Below are positions 35,138-49,606 of a stretch of 64,000 bases of DNA, piece after piece; the first letter of the stretch is position 1; each line of letters begins with the position of its first letter. Both the position numbers and the translations under genes were made by a program. The stretch lies in the NCBI GenBank assembly GCA_048013815.1, contig CM106585.1, positions 5,704,001-5,768,000 on the forward strand. Direction: 5' to 3'. Source of the stretch: Setoptus koraiensis (lineage: Eukaryota > Animalia > Arthropoda). Under the pieces are notes generated by a model that was given only the letters and a program-made list of their open reading frames with translations, did not search any database and was not told the origin of the DNA.

Positions 35138-36923
35138 CCTTGTTAAGTGTTATTTGATTCTCTGATATAGAGAGTAGGTGTGGATAGCTGGTCTGACTTG
35201 GGGCCAACAGCAGGAAGCAATATCAGCTCAAGATGGAGTAAAATAATATCGGTTTCGCTGTGTATTTATTGTTGTGATTATTAAATATCCTTGAGGATCA
35301 TGATGCACACAAATAATTTGTGTCTCGAGAGCTCTGGACACGATGAGCCCATGACACAGGATCGAATGGCGCTAAATTCAAACAGATTTAAGTTGGCGAT
35401 TTCTATCTGTGAATCTGTTTAGTTCGATTCTTTAGCCTAGAGATGGAGTTTGGTATGCCAGATGAGTTGAGCAAGCAATTGTATGAGATGTATTCAATGG
35501 GCGATGCGATTTCAGAGAACAGATAAAAATCTGCGGTGGCACCAACATTTGCATTGTCAGATCCGAATATCGATCGCGTAACGCGCGCATTGAGACCGAA
35601 AAATAACCCGGCAGAGTTTGCAGAGCTGCAACGAGTGAGTGTTCGATTTCCATTGCGCCCAAATCTTTCGATGACTGTTGGGCCAATCGAACAATCAATT
35701 GTCATTCATCAACTAACGAACTCGTTGGGGCCATCACTTGGCGAGCTTGTCTCGGGACTGTCGCACAACAAAGAGGCCCATGGCGACATGGTACCTTGAA
35801 GGGCATTGAAAAGTGTCACGCTTGCTAACTAGAGCAGCTAGTTTGCAACATTGTCAGTAGTGGATATTATTCTGGATAGATTTTCAGGCGAGAACTGGTA
35901 GATGCGCGAAGGGTCTGACTCGTTTCATATGCAACCATTCTTCCTTTAGATTGTGGCATAGGCAAAAATTGAATCGTTCTGGAACGGCTGGATTGGCAGG
36001 TGCTCATTCCATGTTGCCATATCATTATTGACTCGCTCAATAGTTGCCCACCAGAATCTGGCAAAGACTTGGATTGCGTTGAATAGTGCGCCGTATGCTT
36101 GGATATTTGCTCTCGAGGGTCGGAATTCTTGGGCGAGCGAACGTTTAATATTTGTAACAAATAGTACAAATAATTTGTTTGCTCTGGTATTCAGGAGCAC
36201 ATTCCTTCATCGTTGGGGGCGCCATGTTGAACGGGGGGCATGAACGGCGTAGATATGCGGTGCAGACGGGCATCGAATTTCACTCACACACACACACTGT
36301 GATAAGTTGTATGGTCGAACTATCTCACGACAATCGTTCGATAATCGAATTATTGGATCTGGACCAGTGGCACTGCGACATGCGTGCGTCCATGTTGGCG
36401 CGCAGCCGTGCCCCAATGCAAAGTCTGTTTGTGCGCATGCACTAGCCCACAATTTGGCAAAAAAGTTCGCTCACGCACACACACACACACACACTCAGGG
36501 AGTCACACACACAGAGTTGAGTTGATACAACAAGAGTGGCTGGCATGCGAATGTGCGAGTTCATTTCACGTTCGATTCTCATCGAAACAGCAACCGCGGC
36601 GAACTCTGTAATGCGAACTCGAATCAAAGTTGTTGTCGATCAACAGGGAAAGTTCCATCGTCATCACTGTATCATCCGTACAACTGTTACCACAATTAGA
36701 GAACAATTTTCAACAATTATTATTAATCTCATTATTTAATTAGTCCAACATAGTTATTATTATTATTATTTAATCAGTCATTACGCCGCTTAATCAGTTT
36801 ATTTGCATATAATTAAAATCATCGTCACCATTTAATTAATTGGCGTCATCGCAATTATTAATTTAATCAACCAATTACACTATTGTTGCGTGGAAAATAC
36901 AAATTACAAATTGTCAATTAACC

Positions 36924-37921
36924 ATGGCTCTCAAGTTCAACGTGCTACAGCAACAGCAGCAGCAGAAGAAGTCACAGCAAGGCACCGCCAGCACCAACAC
37001 CAAATCACATAGGTCTGGCCTGGTCAAGGCGGCGGCCAGCGGAACCCATACTCAGTCGGCGACATTGATGCAACAGCAGCAGCAGCACAGCACACTAGCG
37101 GCCAGACGGCAACAACCGGGCGCCCCACAACAAGTCAAACAGCCGCACCATCAGCAGCGCCACATATTGCCCCTCTCAACTAATGGTAACAACAACAACA
37201 TGGCTAATTTAAATCAGTATCCACATCACTACAATCAACAATATTTTCAGCACGCTCACAATCACAACCACCAGCACCCTATTCATCACCAGGCAAGATT
37301 GTCTAGTTTGGGCTACACAACCAGGCAGCATTTGTCCCAGCAGAGGCGCCACATTAGATTGCGCGAATACAAGAATCTACGTCAAGTCATACCATCGCTA
37401 AGAATCCAACGAACAGTATCAAAGGTCGAGGTTGTATCAGAGGCGGCGCGTTACATCGACCAGCTACATAAGTCACTATTGGAGCGATTCGTCACCGAGG
37501 GCATACCCGACAATCTCAAAGGTAAGTGTCCCATGCAACATCTATGCCGATGTCTGTGATATATGCGAAGATTGCGAAAATGAAAAAATGCAAAAATAAT
37601 TGGGCCGATTGTGGGCCGACAGTGTGTTGCGAGTGTGAGCGAAAGAGTTGTTGCCAGCGTCGTGTTGCGCAACACCACACTGTTCAATCAGCAGCCATTG
37701 ATTGATGACCGTACAAATATGGATTATTCTCTGTGTGTGCGTGAGTGTGCGCGTAACGTCTCACTCAGCCACCCGGTGGTGGACAGCGCTTCGACTTTGA
37801 GCCTTAAAGTTTGAGCCCGATCGACACACATGGCGTGTGAGTCGGGCCGGCCAGTTGTGGCCAGTGGTTGCCAGTTGTGGCCAGTAGTTGCCAGTTGTGG
37901 CCAGTTGTTGCAGTATAAACC

Positions 37922-38000
<79 letters not shown>

Positions 38001-41000
38001 AAACGAAAGCAAAAGGGCCACTCTTGTGCACCGCTTGCGTATCGTGTAACAGCTGAGCAGCATTTGCAGCTCACAAGTTTGTCAGCCGGCTACCTTTTCG
38101 CTAATGTGCGTGCGTGTGCGTGTGTGAACATGAAACGTTATACACTTCCTGTGCGTTGGAGAGAATATTGTGCAGATGCAACGAACCGCCTGCAAGCACG
38201 CACACAACGCGGCGCGCTTGCACAACGATGGGCGATCGCGCGGCCGAAAGAGATATGAGAAAGTTTTACATGTGAGAGTGGCACATCACATGAACCTGAA
38301 ACGTCGTTTTGAACTTATTAGTTCTAGTTGATCAGTCACTTCCTCCCGATTGCGGGGCGCACACACAAACATCGGGCGCAGATGACTGCAACGGCCGGTG
38401 AGAGCAAACGTTTGTCGGACAATGGGCACGAGGTGGCAAAGGTACGGATGGAGGTGGCAGCAGGCGGCGCGTACGCCGACGCAAGTTGTGCAGCTTGCGT
38501 TTGTGTCAATTTGTGAAACACATGCCGATTGCGACGATGACCGCCAGTGGCAGTTGCAGGGACAGCGGCAGCAGTTGCATCCGTTGTGTTGCGGCTGCTG
38601 GAACGGCTGGTGTTGATGTTAGCGTCGGGGGCGCACGTAAATTACGTGAACCCGTTCGAACGCGCGGTGTGTGCGTGCGATTATGCTCGCGCCAGTTGGG
38701 GCCAGTTTAGAGTGGCGGCAGCAGCGGCGGGAGGCTGGCCGACGAGAGGCCAGTTGGCTTTGACACACACAAGCAGCTGTCGAAAGCATCCTCGGCGGCT
38801 GGCTGGCCGGCTGACAGAGAGAGAGAGAGAGAGACATTGGCACAAGTTGTGCACCTCCTTTATTCTTTTATATTTTGCAAAATTATTTGATCATTAGCGA
38901 TTATCATCACAATACATCATTGATACTACCCATCTCAATATCATCTGCTTTTGATTGGCGCCAGAAGCGCGAGGCCAGAGCGGCACACTGTGCGCGTTGG
39001 GCCGCCTCGCCAGATGTGTCTGCGCCAGCGGCCCGAGAGTGGCTGGCCTGAGAGCCCGAGAGAAACTAGGTCGCTACAGCGACTGGCTGGCAGCAGCTTA
39101 TTTCCATGATTCTCATGGCCGAGACAGCTGGCACGCGCAACGTGCGCTCGCTGGCTTGTTAGCTGGCCCCTCGAACGGTTCGCAGAGTCGAATTGCAACC
39201 GACGACCAATTGTGCGCCCCGTTCGCATATCGTTCCCGTGCCGACACCAACAAATGCGCCCAACAACCAGCGAGCCACACACTAAACTCAGCTGGCGCAC
39301 ACAGGTGACCATGTCAAATGGCACAATGTCCCACATGCAGTTGACAGATATGATATGCGACAACTTGATGACCAGTTGTTGATCCGGAGGCAACAGCAGC
39401 GGCTGCGGCGCCAACTGCTGTTGCGACTGTAATTGTTTGCTGGCCCGGCTGGCACGCACGCGCAACGTGTCGTTGCAACGCGCGCCACTTGCGCCTAGCC
39501 CGACAGCAGCCGGCCCGAACCGGCCCGCAACAAAGCTGCGCGCAACAGCGGCCCCTTGACTGGTTGACCTGTCTGTCTGTTTGTCTCGCTCGCTCTTCTT
39601 ATGCTAATAATGACCCTCGACTTGCCCAAACAAAGGTGCGATATTCAGCGAGTAGCGTCTGGCGGGGGCCCGCTCGCCAGCGCCGATAGATTTCTCGTGC
39701 GCGCCTCTCGTTCGCTGTCGCTTGTGTTCGCCATCTGTTGTCGTTGTGACTATCATCTGGTTGAATGGTGCGGCGCAGCGGCTACACCTACACTGCATCA
39801 GAAAGCATCGCTGCCAAGCCCGCGGGAGCGGCCGACACAAGCTAACGGTTGGCCGGCGCTATGCCCGCGACTCGCATGTGCGTCTCCCGGAGGCAGATGC
39901 ATCTCCCAAGTCGGCGAATGGTGTCACAATGGGCGCAGATGTAACCATGTGTTGTCCGGCCATTGTCGCCTTTCCCACCGAGGCACACACACACACACGC
40001 ACACATGCTCGTCAGATGGACGGGCTGGCAACCGCTTTCCAATTTGGCAGCGGCGCACGTTGCTGTTGGCACAGACGACGGTTGTCGCGAAGCCATCGAC
40101 TGCGAGCCGGCCCGGCACACTGTTGCCGGCGCGCCGAACAGCGACGCAATCAGCACCTAGGTGCCCCGTCCGCGCCACCCATTTCCAGGGGCGCCGCAGC
40201 GGTGATACTTGTGCATGCACAGTTTATACTGCACAGCATAGTGTGCGCAATAGTTGCTTGCGCGGCAATCAGAGCCGACGCCTGGCGGCGGGCCCGTCCA
40301 CTACTGGCGCGGCAGCTGGCGGTTGGGAGCCGCGAGTCGTGAGCGAAGAGGCAAACAAATGTTGCCAATGGCTGCCGTGTAACCGACGCTCGCGATTATG
40401 GCCAGCGCGGCACAGCCGAACCAGCGTAGCGTACGCGCCACGACGAGCTTACATAATCGGTGCGCACCGGCGTACAACACCGAGCGGCTGCATATGCGGT
40501 GCGAGCGCCGGCCATGACCGTTGCAGCGCAACGGTTGCACAACAACAACTTTCGTTTGCACAGTTGCGGATAATCTGCTCGCTCGTTTGTTGGCGTATAG
40601 CCATATAGCACCGTGAACGGGCACCGTTCATGTAGCACCAATGCACGGGCCGCTCGCTCGGCTCGTCGCGAACCATCGGAAGCGAGCGGCAACCAGAGAA
40701 TCTATATCCGTTTTCACTTCTGACGAACAACACAATTGTTAGCTGGCGAGAGTTGGCGCATCCGAGAGGATGCCGTTGTGATTCGATTCGACGAGTGGAA
40801 CACACACTTTCGAATCGAATCGAAAGTTTCGATGGATGTGGCCAATCATCATTATTTGCATTGTTTGTGCTGATGTGTGCTGTTGCCAACCAGAGAGCGA
40901 GCGATTCGAACAATGGTGCGACTTGTTGTTGTGAACAGTGTTCAGCGTAAAGTGTTTTATGCCGGCGGGCCGTTGGTGAGCAGAGTTGCAGCGGTGAGGT

Positions 41001-44000
41001 CAGCACCTTGGTCGCGCGTGCCATTAACCTTAGTTTGGCGGTGTCACACCCAATGTCGCCCAATCGCGCTTGTTTACACATTGCGCTGATTGGTGCGCCG
41101 GTGCTTGTGTGAAAGTTGAGCGGAGATGATCTCTCACCCATTCACCTACTCACCCATTCACCTATTCGCCAGTGTCAAATAATTGTTGTTTGAACAGCAT
41201 GTTGCTGACGATGTTATGCAACCATTATATTGTCATCATCATCGTGACTGGTGTCACTCATGAACACAACCGGCGGAAACCAAGTCGCCGTTGTTTGCTC
41301 AGAGTGGCAACTTGTGACTCACAACTTGTGAGCCAACTTACCTGTGTGTGTCGTCGCATTGTTGTTAAAAATGTATATAAATAAACCTGTTCATTTTGAA
41401 ACATATGGCACACAATGTGTGCGTTTGTGTGTTGCGCAATGTTTGCTTCTGTGCCAACAATCAAGCGTCGTTGCGCCATCAGGTTAGCGGCGCACCACTT
41501 ACCCGCAGCACACCGGGCCGAGGTCGCAATCTAGGCCACCATCACCATAGTCACTATGGCATTGCAGTGCCCATTGCGCCAGTGTTAATCTTAATCATCA
41601 TTTAGCGAGTGACGCACCGACACCCGCAGCACACACCAAACGGAAACGGCGACTTCTTAAAATAAACACACACACACACACACACACCGGCGCCGGTTTG
41701 ATTAGCGGTGATGGTGCCACTTCCGTTGTTGCTGGCCGGCCGACCGATTGTGTAACATTATAACCATGGTGTTACATCATCATGGTAATCATTATTATCA
41801 CTATTATTGCCATTATGATTCGGATGCCGCCGTTGATGTAATGATGAGTCTGGCTACTTGCTGTTGCAGCCCGACAGCAGCGGCTCGACGGCAGCTTGAG
41901 AGGCCGGCTTCTATGGCGGCCGGTGACCAGGCTTCTATGGCGGCCGGGATTACGGGCGAGCCGCGCACGACAATGGCGCGCCACCTGATCCATGTAATCG
42001 GCTTGCGAAGCCGGCGCCGGCAAATAGTGTTAATGATGATGGATTAGCCAGCCCGTTTGTTGCCAGTTAATATACGACAATCAGTCCGACAGACAACAAA
42101 ACACTTGCAAGTTGCAAGTCGCCACAATGGACGCAGCGCACTGATCGTAAACGAGATTACATTAGCTCGTTTGTTTGTTGTTATTTTAGCCGATCGCTCA
42201 ATTGGTCAACATGCTCGGCCACTCTGGTGCGACTCGATGGCAGTGGACAGTCGGACAGCCGACTCGTTTGCCGGCGTGACACATTAGCAGCAACAACAAA
42301 TCGCTACAACAAATCAATTGGGTGTTTGCGGTGCCACAATTGATCGAGACGACGGCCATGTGTCATGCGTGGCGGTGTTGCGAAAATATGCAAATAATCG
42401 CATCATGATGATGTGCTCGCTAAACAAGATGCGATCGCGATGATAATAAATGACAACATAATGAGCTTCTCTCATGCCACTGGCGACTTGTAAACTGTGT
42501 GCACTTGATTCATATGGCCGCCCGGCCATATGTTTTATTGGGCCGGAGCGCGGCGCATCGGCGGAATTAGCAAAAACGGCAACAAACGGGCTTTGGGGTG
42601 GGGGGGCGACGCAAACAAACTTGCAAACAAAAACAACACGCCAGCGCCAGACAACACGGGACGACAGATTGAGCAAAGGGCAAACTGTCGAGCCCGCGTC
42701 GGCCGTGTCAGCTGCGTGTCAGCGAGTGACAGCGCGGACGGCGCTTTATCCGCGCGCGCGCGCCCGACGGCTCACTTAGGAAGCCCGTCGCTACGAGCCC
42801 CAGCGCCGGGCTGGGCGCTTGTGTCGCTAAACGCTGACAATAATGTATGCGCGCCAGCGGCGCGGACAAGTGTCGCGCCGGCCAGATTGAAGCCGTACCT
42901 CCCGTGCGCGCCGCGAGAGCCCCGCTCTCCGTTATGCGCTCGCCCGACCGGCTGGCCCGTCGGCGGCTGGCCCGTTGAGTGCGGCATTGTTGTTGTTGTC
43001 TTAGCAACACATTGAGTCGCTGGTGTGCGCCATACGGCAGCAACATTAACGCCATATGGTAGAAGTATGCAACATCAGGCGCCAAATGACGAGGCCTGCA
43101 TCGATAATGGCAAATTGATACTACCATAATCACATGGTGCCGTCGTGTTGCACACTTGCCACCGATCTGGATCACCGCTAAAAAGTTGCGCCGCTGCGCC
43201 GCGTTTCGGGCGGCGTTTCGGGCCGCGTCGCGCTGGCCGGCCCTGGCGACGCGGTGCGACGCGGCCCGAACGGCGGGGCGAATCACTAGAAATACGCTAG
43301 CCGGCCCACTGGCCAAAAGAATGTGGGCGCCTGGCAAATCCGCCGCGGCCTGTTTGTTTGTTTATATATTCCGATCTATTCCGATGAGTAATTTACGTGT
43401 GTGACGTATCAATTGTGAGCCGCTCAGCCGACCGAACACTGGGCCGCCGGCTCGACCGGGCGAGCTCGGCGGGGCGAGCTGGCTGGCGCGGCAGCGACAC
43501 ACGATTGGGCGATGATTGATGCGCACTTACATAATGGCGCGCTGATACGCGCGCGCCGGCGCGACATCTGATCGGCGATAAGCGGGCCAATTATCGTGAT
43601 GATGGCCATTTTGCGCTATGTATTGAGCGAGCGCACCATGATTGTATTTGTTGGTGTCGTTGTTGACACACGATATTCTAATATCACCACTGCTAATGGT
43701 GCGCCGATGTTTGTGCGCCGGGCGGCGGGCCCCGGCCCGGCGGCGGCGGCAGCCGCTCGCTTGTTGCCAGCAGCGGGCGGGCGGGCGCTCGGGCAGCGGC
43801 TGCCGCCGCCGCTCACATATGGCATGTGTGCACGGCAGCGGCATATGGCACCCAGCGCGCCGAGCTGCTGTTGCCGCCATCTTGTTGGCTGTCGCTCGCC
43901 AGCCAACAGATGCCACCCGACCGATTGCAACATGTGATCGGCGTCTGATGTGTCGAGTGGCATTGTTTTGTTGCGCTTGTTTGTGCTCGGCTGCTCGCAC

Positions 44001-47000
44001 GCTCGGATGTTCGGCTGCTCGGATGTTCGGATGTTCGGATGTTCGGATGTTCGGCCGCTCCGGCGAGTCGCTGCGAGCAGTTGGCCGTCACCGGCACGTT
44101 ACGACATGCACCGTATGCCGCGCGGCGAGACCCGTCGCGGCACCCGTCCGCGCCAACGAGCCCCGGGAGCGGCACTCGACACCGGAGCGGCGCTCGCTCG
44201 CTGCCGGCGCACGGCTCGCCGAGCTTGTAACCGTGTGGCGCGATGATGACACTAATAACAACAGCTGCAAGCATATGCCCATTGGCATGATGATCGCGAA
44301 TTATCTGTCCATGCGTATTGCTGCGTATGTTGCGCGCTTGGCGTCTCTCTTTACATAATGCACACATGCTCTCCCCGGAGCATATCGCACAAGCAAATAC
44401 ATATGGATGACGTATCATCCAGATGCATCTGGCAGCGGGCCGAGCTTTGCCGGAGAGTGCGACTCCTCGGCGCGGCCGCGGCCGCAGCAGCCGCAAACAA
44501 CGCGCCCGCTCGCTGGCTGGCATATGGCCGCTTGTGCGCGCCATATGATGCCCGCCAGCCGAACGCTGGGGCCCAGCGACGGCGACGACAGCAGCGACAC
44601 TCTTTCCTTTTCCCGCCGCTCGCCTGCTCGCCGGCCTGCCGACACGGACCGCGAGCTCGGCTTGAGTCGCCATGTGCGAGGGTCGCCTCGTCGACCTCGG
44701 CGGGACCCCTCGCCTTGTCGACTCGCCTTGTCGACTCGTCAACGGCACGACGCGCCCTCTGCAGCGTGAGCAGCCGCGCGAAATCTGTGCCAAGACGCGA
44801 GCATCTTGACGCCACACGCACGGCCGGTCAGGGGCGCCCCGCGCCGGCCCTGTGACGGCCCGTTGGCGGCCCCTCGCGATTGTGGCCGCCGCTCGTCGGC
44901 GGCCAACTTTTGCGCCGAGCGGCGCAGCACGTGGTCGCCCCTGCATTATGTTAACAGCCCCTCGCGGCCCGTTGTCGCGCTCAACAACAGCGTGTTGGCC
45001 CGTCGCTTGCAAGTTACAAGTTGCGACTTGCAAGTTGCGACTTGCAAGTTGTGACCTACAAGTTGTAACAAGCGGGCTTGACAGATTGAGCGCAAATGCG
45101 AGCAGATGCGCCGCACATTGCGCACAATGTGGGCAAAATGGCCACTGCGGGCTTGTTGCTGGCCGCTCGTTGCTGGTGCCGTGATTTACGGCCCTCTCGC
45201 GGACAGCGGTCGCGGCGTCTCTGGCTCGAACGGCCGCCGAGGCGTCCAGTTGGCGGCTGACGCAACATGTCACTCTCGTAACAAGTGCCTGTTGTAACAG
45301 CCGGCCACTGTCCAGCCGGCAACATTGTGCGAGTGTGTGTCGCAACGACAGGAGTCAAGGCAACGCGATGACGCGATATCTGGCCAAGTTGCGTCACCAG
45401 CCGGCGGCCGCTTGTGTCGCTCGTTTGGCTTGTGTCGCTCATTGCCGAGGCGGCCGTCGCATGCTGTTGGTTGGGCGAGAGAGAGAGAGAGAGAGCAACA
45501 AGTCAAATATGGTCAGCCATTCCTTGGGGCAATTTCAATAGGCGCTCGCTGGCCGAGTTGCCAGACTGCCGACTGGCCGCTATCGCCGATATTGTTGGCC
45601 TGTCGGCGGGTCGGGCCGTAGCGCCGCTGACAGGCGCACTGGCGACCGTCCACTATTAGCTCAGCTGCTGGCCGGCGCCGATGATAATGATATTATTAAA
45701 TAGCGTATATATTTACAATCATTAAATAAACGTTAGCCGTTGTTGCGCCGGCCTGGCGTGTCGTGTTGGCCCGTCGCCGCTGTTGTTGCCCGTCGCTGCT
45801 GTTGTTGCCCATCGCTGCTGTTGTTGCCCGTCGCTGCTGTCGGTGCCCGGCGCTGCTGTCGGTGCCCGGCGCGGGCAACAAGTGGCAACAATAGGCGCGG
45901 GCCAGACGAGAAGCGTCATTACGCAACGCCAACAACAGCAGCACTCCACTGCAAATGGTTGTGTCGCAACAGGTGCAATTTGAGATTATCTGCTCTGTCG
46001 GGATAATCTCGTGTGCGTTGGCTCGGCCGCGTCATGCCGTCGGCCGGCTCGCCGCTCGAACAAACTGCGGAGCGTGCTCGCTCGCGGCCCGGCCAGTTGC
46101 GCCGGCCTACGCTGCGATACCGCGCCACTGCCGCACCGCCAAACTGCGATACTCCAGCACTGCGGCGCCGGGATATCGCCCTGTTGCGATACTGAGACAC
46201 TGCGATCTTGCGCGGCTCGCACAGGGCGCACACGCCACCGGCCGCCTAACAGCCACCGGCCGCCCGACAGGCACCGGCCACGGAACAGGCAGCGACTGGC
46301 CGGCGGGTCGCTAGCAGCGGGCACGCACTGCGATGGGCAGCGCGGCGCACGGACGCCTCCAGACGCGGCGGCCCACTCACGCGCGGGCGACAGGTGCGCT
46401 CCCACTCTCGTGTGTGCGCCGTGGCTTCGCTCGTCCCGGCCGCTTCTTTCTCGGCTCGCCGGCCGCTTCGTTCTCGGCTCGCTGGCCGCTTCTTTCTTGG
46501 CCTGCCCGGTCGCTTCTTCAGTCGCTCGCTGCTTCTCGGGCTCGCTCTCGTTGCCTTGCGCTGACACCAGCGCACTGGCAGCGCGCGACGCTCAGGCGCA
46601 GGCGACGCCCACTCGCGCGCAGCGCCAACATGGATGCACCTGTTGGAATTATTATTATCTCTCTTTAAATTATTTATTCGTCACTCCGTTTCCATAATTG
46701 GCAACAACAACATCCCGCCATCCGTCACCGACTGGCCGCCCGGCACAGCGACGGCACAGTGGCACAGCGCCACTCGTCGGTGCGGCACTTTCGTTGCTGC
46801 GCCCGGCCCTCGACCGCTGCATTAGGTGGCACCGGCGGGCCAGCGGACAATTCTGCTCGTGGGCCCGCCGGGCCGACGAGCAGACCGACAGCCGACTGTG
46901 AGTGAAACCCATCGAGCCAAATGGGGCGTGCTGGCGGCTCCGGCGCCACGTTGCGCCACTAATCACCCGTGCCCGCGCCGCCGTCTGTCCGCGGCGCCCG

Positions 47001-49606
47001 TGGAGAGACGGCGGGCCTTTTCGGCTGGCACGCACCGTTGCCCAGGTGAGTCGCCTGCACTGATTGAGCCGCAGTGGCGCTCACGGTGCGCCCTGTAACA
47101 GTTGGCTGCCAATTGTTTACAGGTGCCGTGCAGCAACTGGTGCAGCGTCTGACAAGTTTGTGAGAATGCCCGACGAGCGCATGAGCGCCATTCGCTCGCC
47201 GTGCAACTGGCAGCAATTGAGCGCCGGCCAACTAGCAAGTGGCAGCTGTTTGCGCGGCATGACGGCACCGGCGGCCCCGTTGGGGCCAGTGGTCGTGCCA
47301 CTGACCGTTACGATATCGGTCAGCGGCGGTCACGTTGCCGGTCGGCCCGGCGGCATCGGCCCACCGGGCCCGACGGCCGGTTCGGGTATTTCGGGCCTAT
47401 CTCGGGCCGCTTGCGCCCACAGTGGTGCGCCGCTCGGGCCAATGTGGCCAATGTGGCCACCAGTCGGCCACTGTGCGCGCATCTGCGCGCAAACAGCGAT
47501 GCACTTCGCTGTCCGCTGTCCGAGCAAACACTGGCCGAGCACCGCGAATGTTGATTCTCGTAGTTGTTGTTGTTGTTGTTGGTGTTGTTGTTGTTGCTGC
47601 CGCTGTTGCTGCTGCTGTCGTTGTTGCTGTTGCTGCTGTCGGCCGGCCAGAGAATTATTCCCACGCTCGTTTGCGGCTCGCTGCTGGCGTTGCGCTGGCA
47701 AACCCCGCCCACCTCTTATTTGTCACTACTGGCCGCACTGGCGGCCGTCGGTTGTTGTCGCTGGCCGCTCACGACGAGCCAGCGGAGCATACGCTCACCT
47801 GAGCTCTCCGTTCGGCCTTCTTCGATCTTCACTCCTCGTTCGGCGCTCTTCGTTCTTCATTCGAAGCTCGGCGCCTCGGCGAACGCCAACGACGGCCAAC
47901 AAGGTCACGCCAGCGGCCGCCCGAACTGGAAACTTGTTCGGTGCTCTCGATGCGCCTTTGTCGTGCCGTTCGCAAGCTCGCCGGCTCGCTGGCGAGATTG
48001 TACGTCGGCGTCGACGGCATCGCTCGTTCGCCTACACGACAATTAGCGCTGGCGACGCCGATCATAATAATTGTCACCATACTGTCCAGCTGCCATACTA
48101 CACACACACACTGGCCAGAGCAGAGTGGCTAGTATGGTGTGCAGTGCGGCGGCCGGGTAGCCCGGCCGGCCGGCCGGACAGCAGTGTGCAGTTGCGGCGG
48201 TTTAGGCGCGAGGTGCCCACGCACGTTGCGCGCCTAAACATTGATTATGCACCTGCTCGATTGGCCATCTCGATTGCGCAATGTGTCCAGCGATGTGTTG
48301 ATTGTGTCAGTCGCTTGTGTACTTATATAGTAAGGGGTGAACAACCATTCTGGTCGGGCCAGGATGTTTCGCAGTTTTGTTGGCAATGTACACATGTAAT
48401 AAGTTCATATGCTCATGCGTTTATCTGTTTGTATATAATACGTTTATCTGTTTATATAATACATAATACATTACATAATATATTTATATGCGATGCGTTT
48501 GTGTGTACGGCCAGTGGGCACACTGGAGCAGCCGACATGTTGAGCGAGCTGCGGCCCTGTCAACCGACGCAATTTGTTAGACATTCGCTGGACGTTTGTG
48601 TGTCGCTGCTCGCTGCGGCCAAATTGCGTAACCGGCATGCGATCAGTGGCATGTTAATACCGTGACCGTGCCAGAGTTGGCGAGCGACCGAACGGGCCGC
48701 CAGCGCCAAATCACACACATTAATTGCGCATTACGGCGCCGATAAGTTATGCCCCTGCCCGCAACACTGCCGATATCGTCGCCCTGCATTTTTCTGTAGG
48801 TTATCACCTGTATTCGTCGGCATGTTATCCGTGTTTATGTTATCGTCCGTGTGCCAAGCATTATCGTGTGCATCATGGCGACACAGGTATCGCACAGGTG
48901 AGAGGGGCCGCACGAATTGTGGTTGGTTGTTGTGGTGCGACATCGACGGTGCGGCTCGCAATTTGTCGCCGATCGCCGGTGAATACCCATGCAATCAGGG
49001 CTGCCCAATCGCCCTCCGATTGGCGCACAATTTGTGCCTCGCAGCAACATTTATAATTATATACTTGTAGCGTAAAATGACGCACTTGTGGTGCAAAATG
49101 ACGCATTTGTAGTGCGTAATCATGTATTTGCGGTGCATAACGATGCCTTTGCGGTGCATGAAGATGCGTTTGCACCAAAGATAATATATGACCACAACAT
49201 GCGCTCAGCATACTAATCCGCTCTTATCTCGCCCCTCATCCCCCGCGTGCCCGCAGGTCTGCTCAGGACGCAGAACGCCAACCACCTCAAGCCGCACGAC
49301 ATCATGGAGCTGGTGTCCAAGCTGGCCAGCTCGTCGCTGCAGCAGCACCAGCAAATGGTGCAGCCGCAGCCGGTATCGCACCAGCAGCAACAGCCAGTAT
49401 CACAGCAGCAGCAGCAAACAATTGGAGGCAATAACGCAAACTCGACCAACAACCGCGCAACAACCGCCAACAACGGCCACAGGTTGCCGCGCGTGCCCAC
49501 CGCGCACCAGTGTCAGGCCGACCAGTGTGCCCAAATGGCGGGTTCCGTCGATTGCGCACATTCGGCCCCGCTCAGCGCGGGCCAGTCGCCGGCGGTGCCC
49601 AACTGA
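36924..49606 (+). CDS. Id/Emc-like helix-loop-helix protein, 2 coding exons (36924-37521, 49257-49606), 315 aa, Q-rich
   Basis: HLH REYKNLRQVIPSLRIQRTVSKVEVVSEAARYIDQLH. Donor AAG|GTAAGT at 37522. Branch TACTAAT (49211), a pyrimidine-rich tract and CAG at 49256. The phase-1 join is in frame (PDNLKG-LLRTQNANHLKPHDIMELVSKL). Intermediate exons cannot be excluded. Confidence 0.75.
37925..37999. repeat. (GA)n microsatellite, about 37 units, in the HLH intron
   Basis: Directly visible, with one TA interruption. Confidence 0.97.

Noticed and set aside
38000-49200. Long ORFs in the HLH intron (39601..40608, 43813..45345, 47064..48665)
   Set aside because: Arg/Ala/Cys-biased translations of repeats, mostly with non-ATG starts, open on both strands, and without recognisable domains or transposase/RT motifs.
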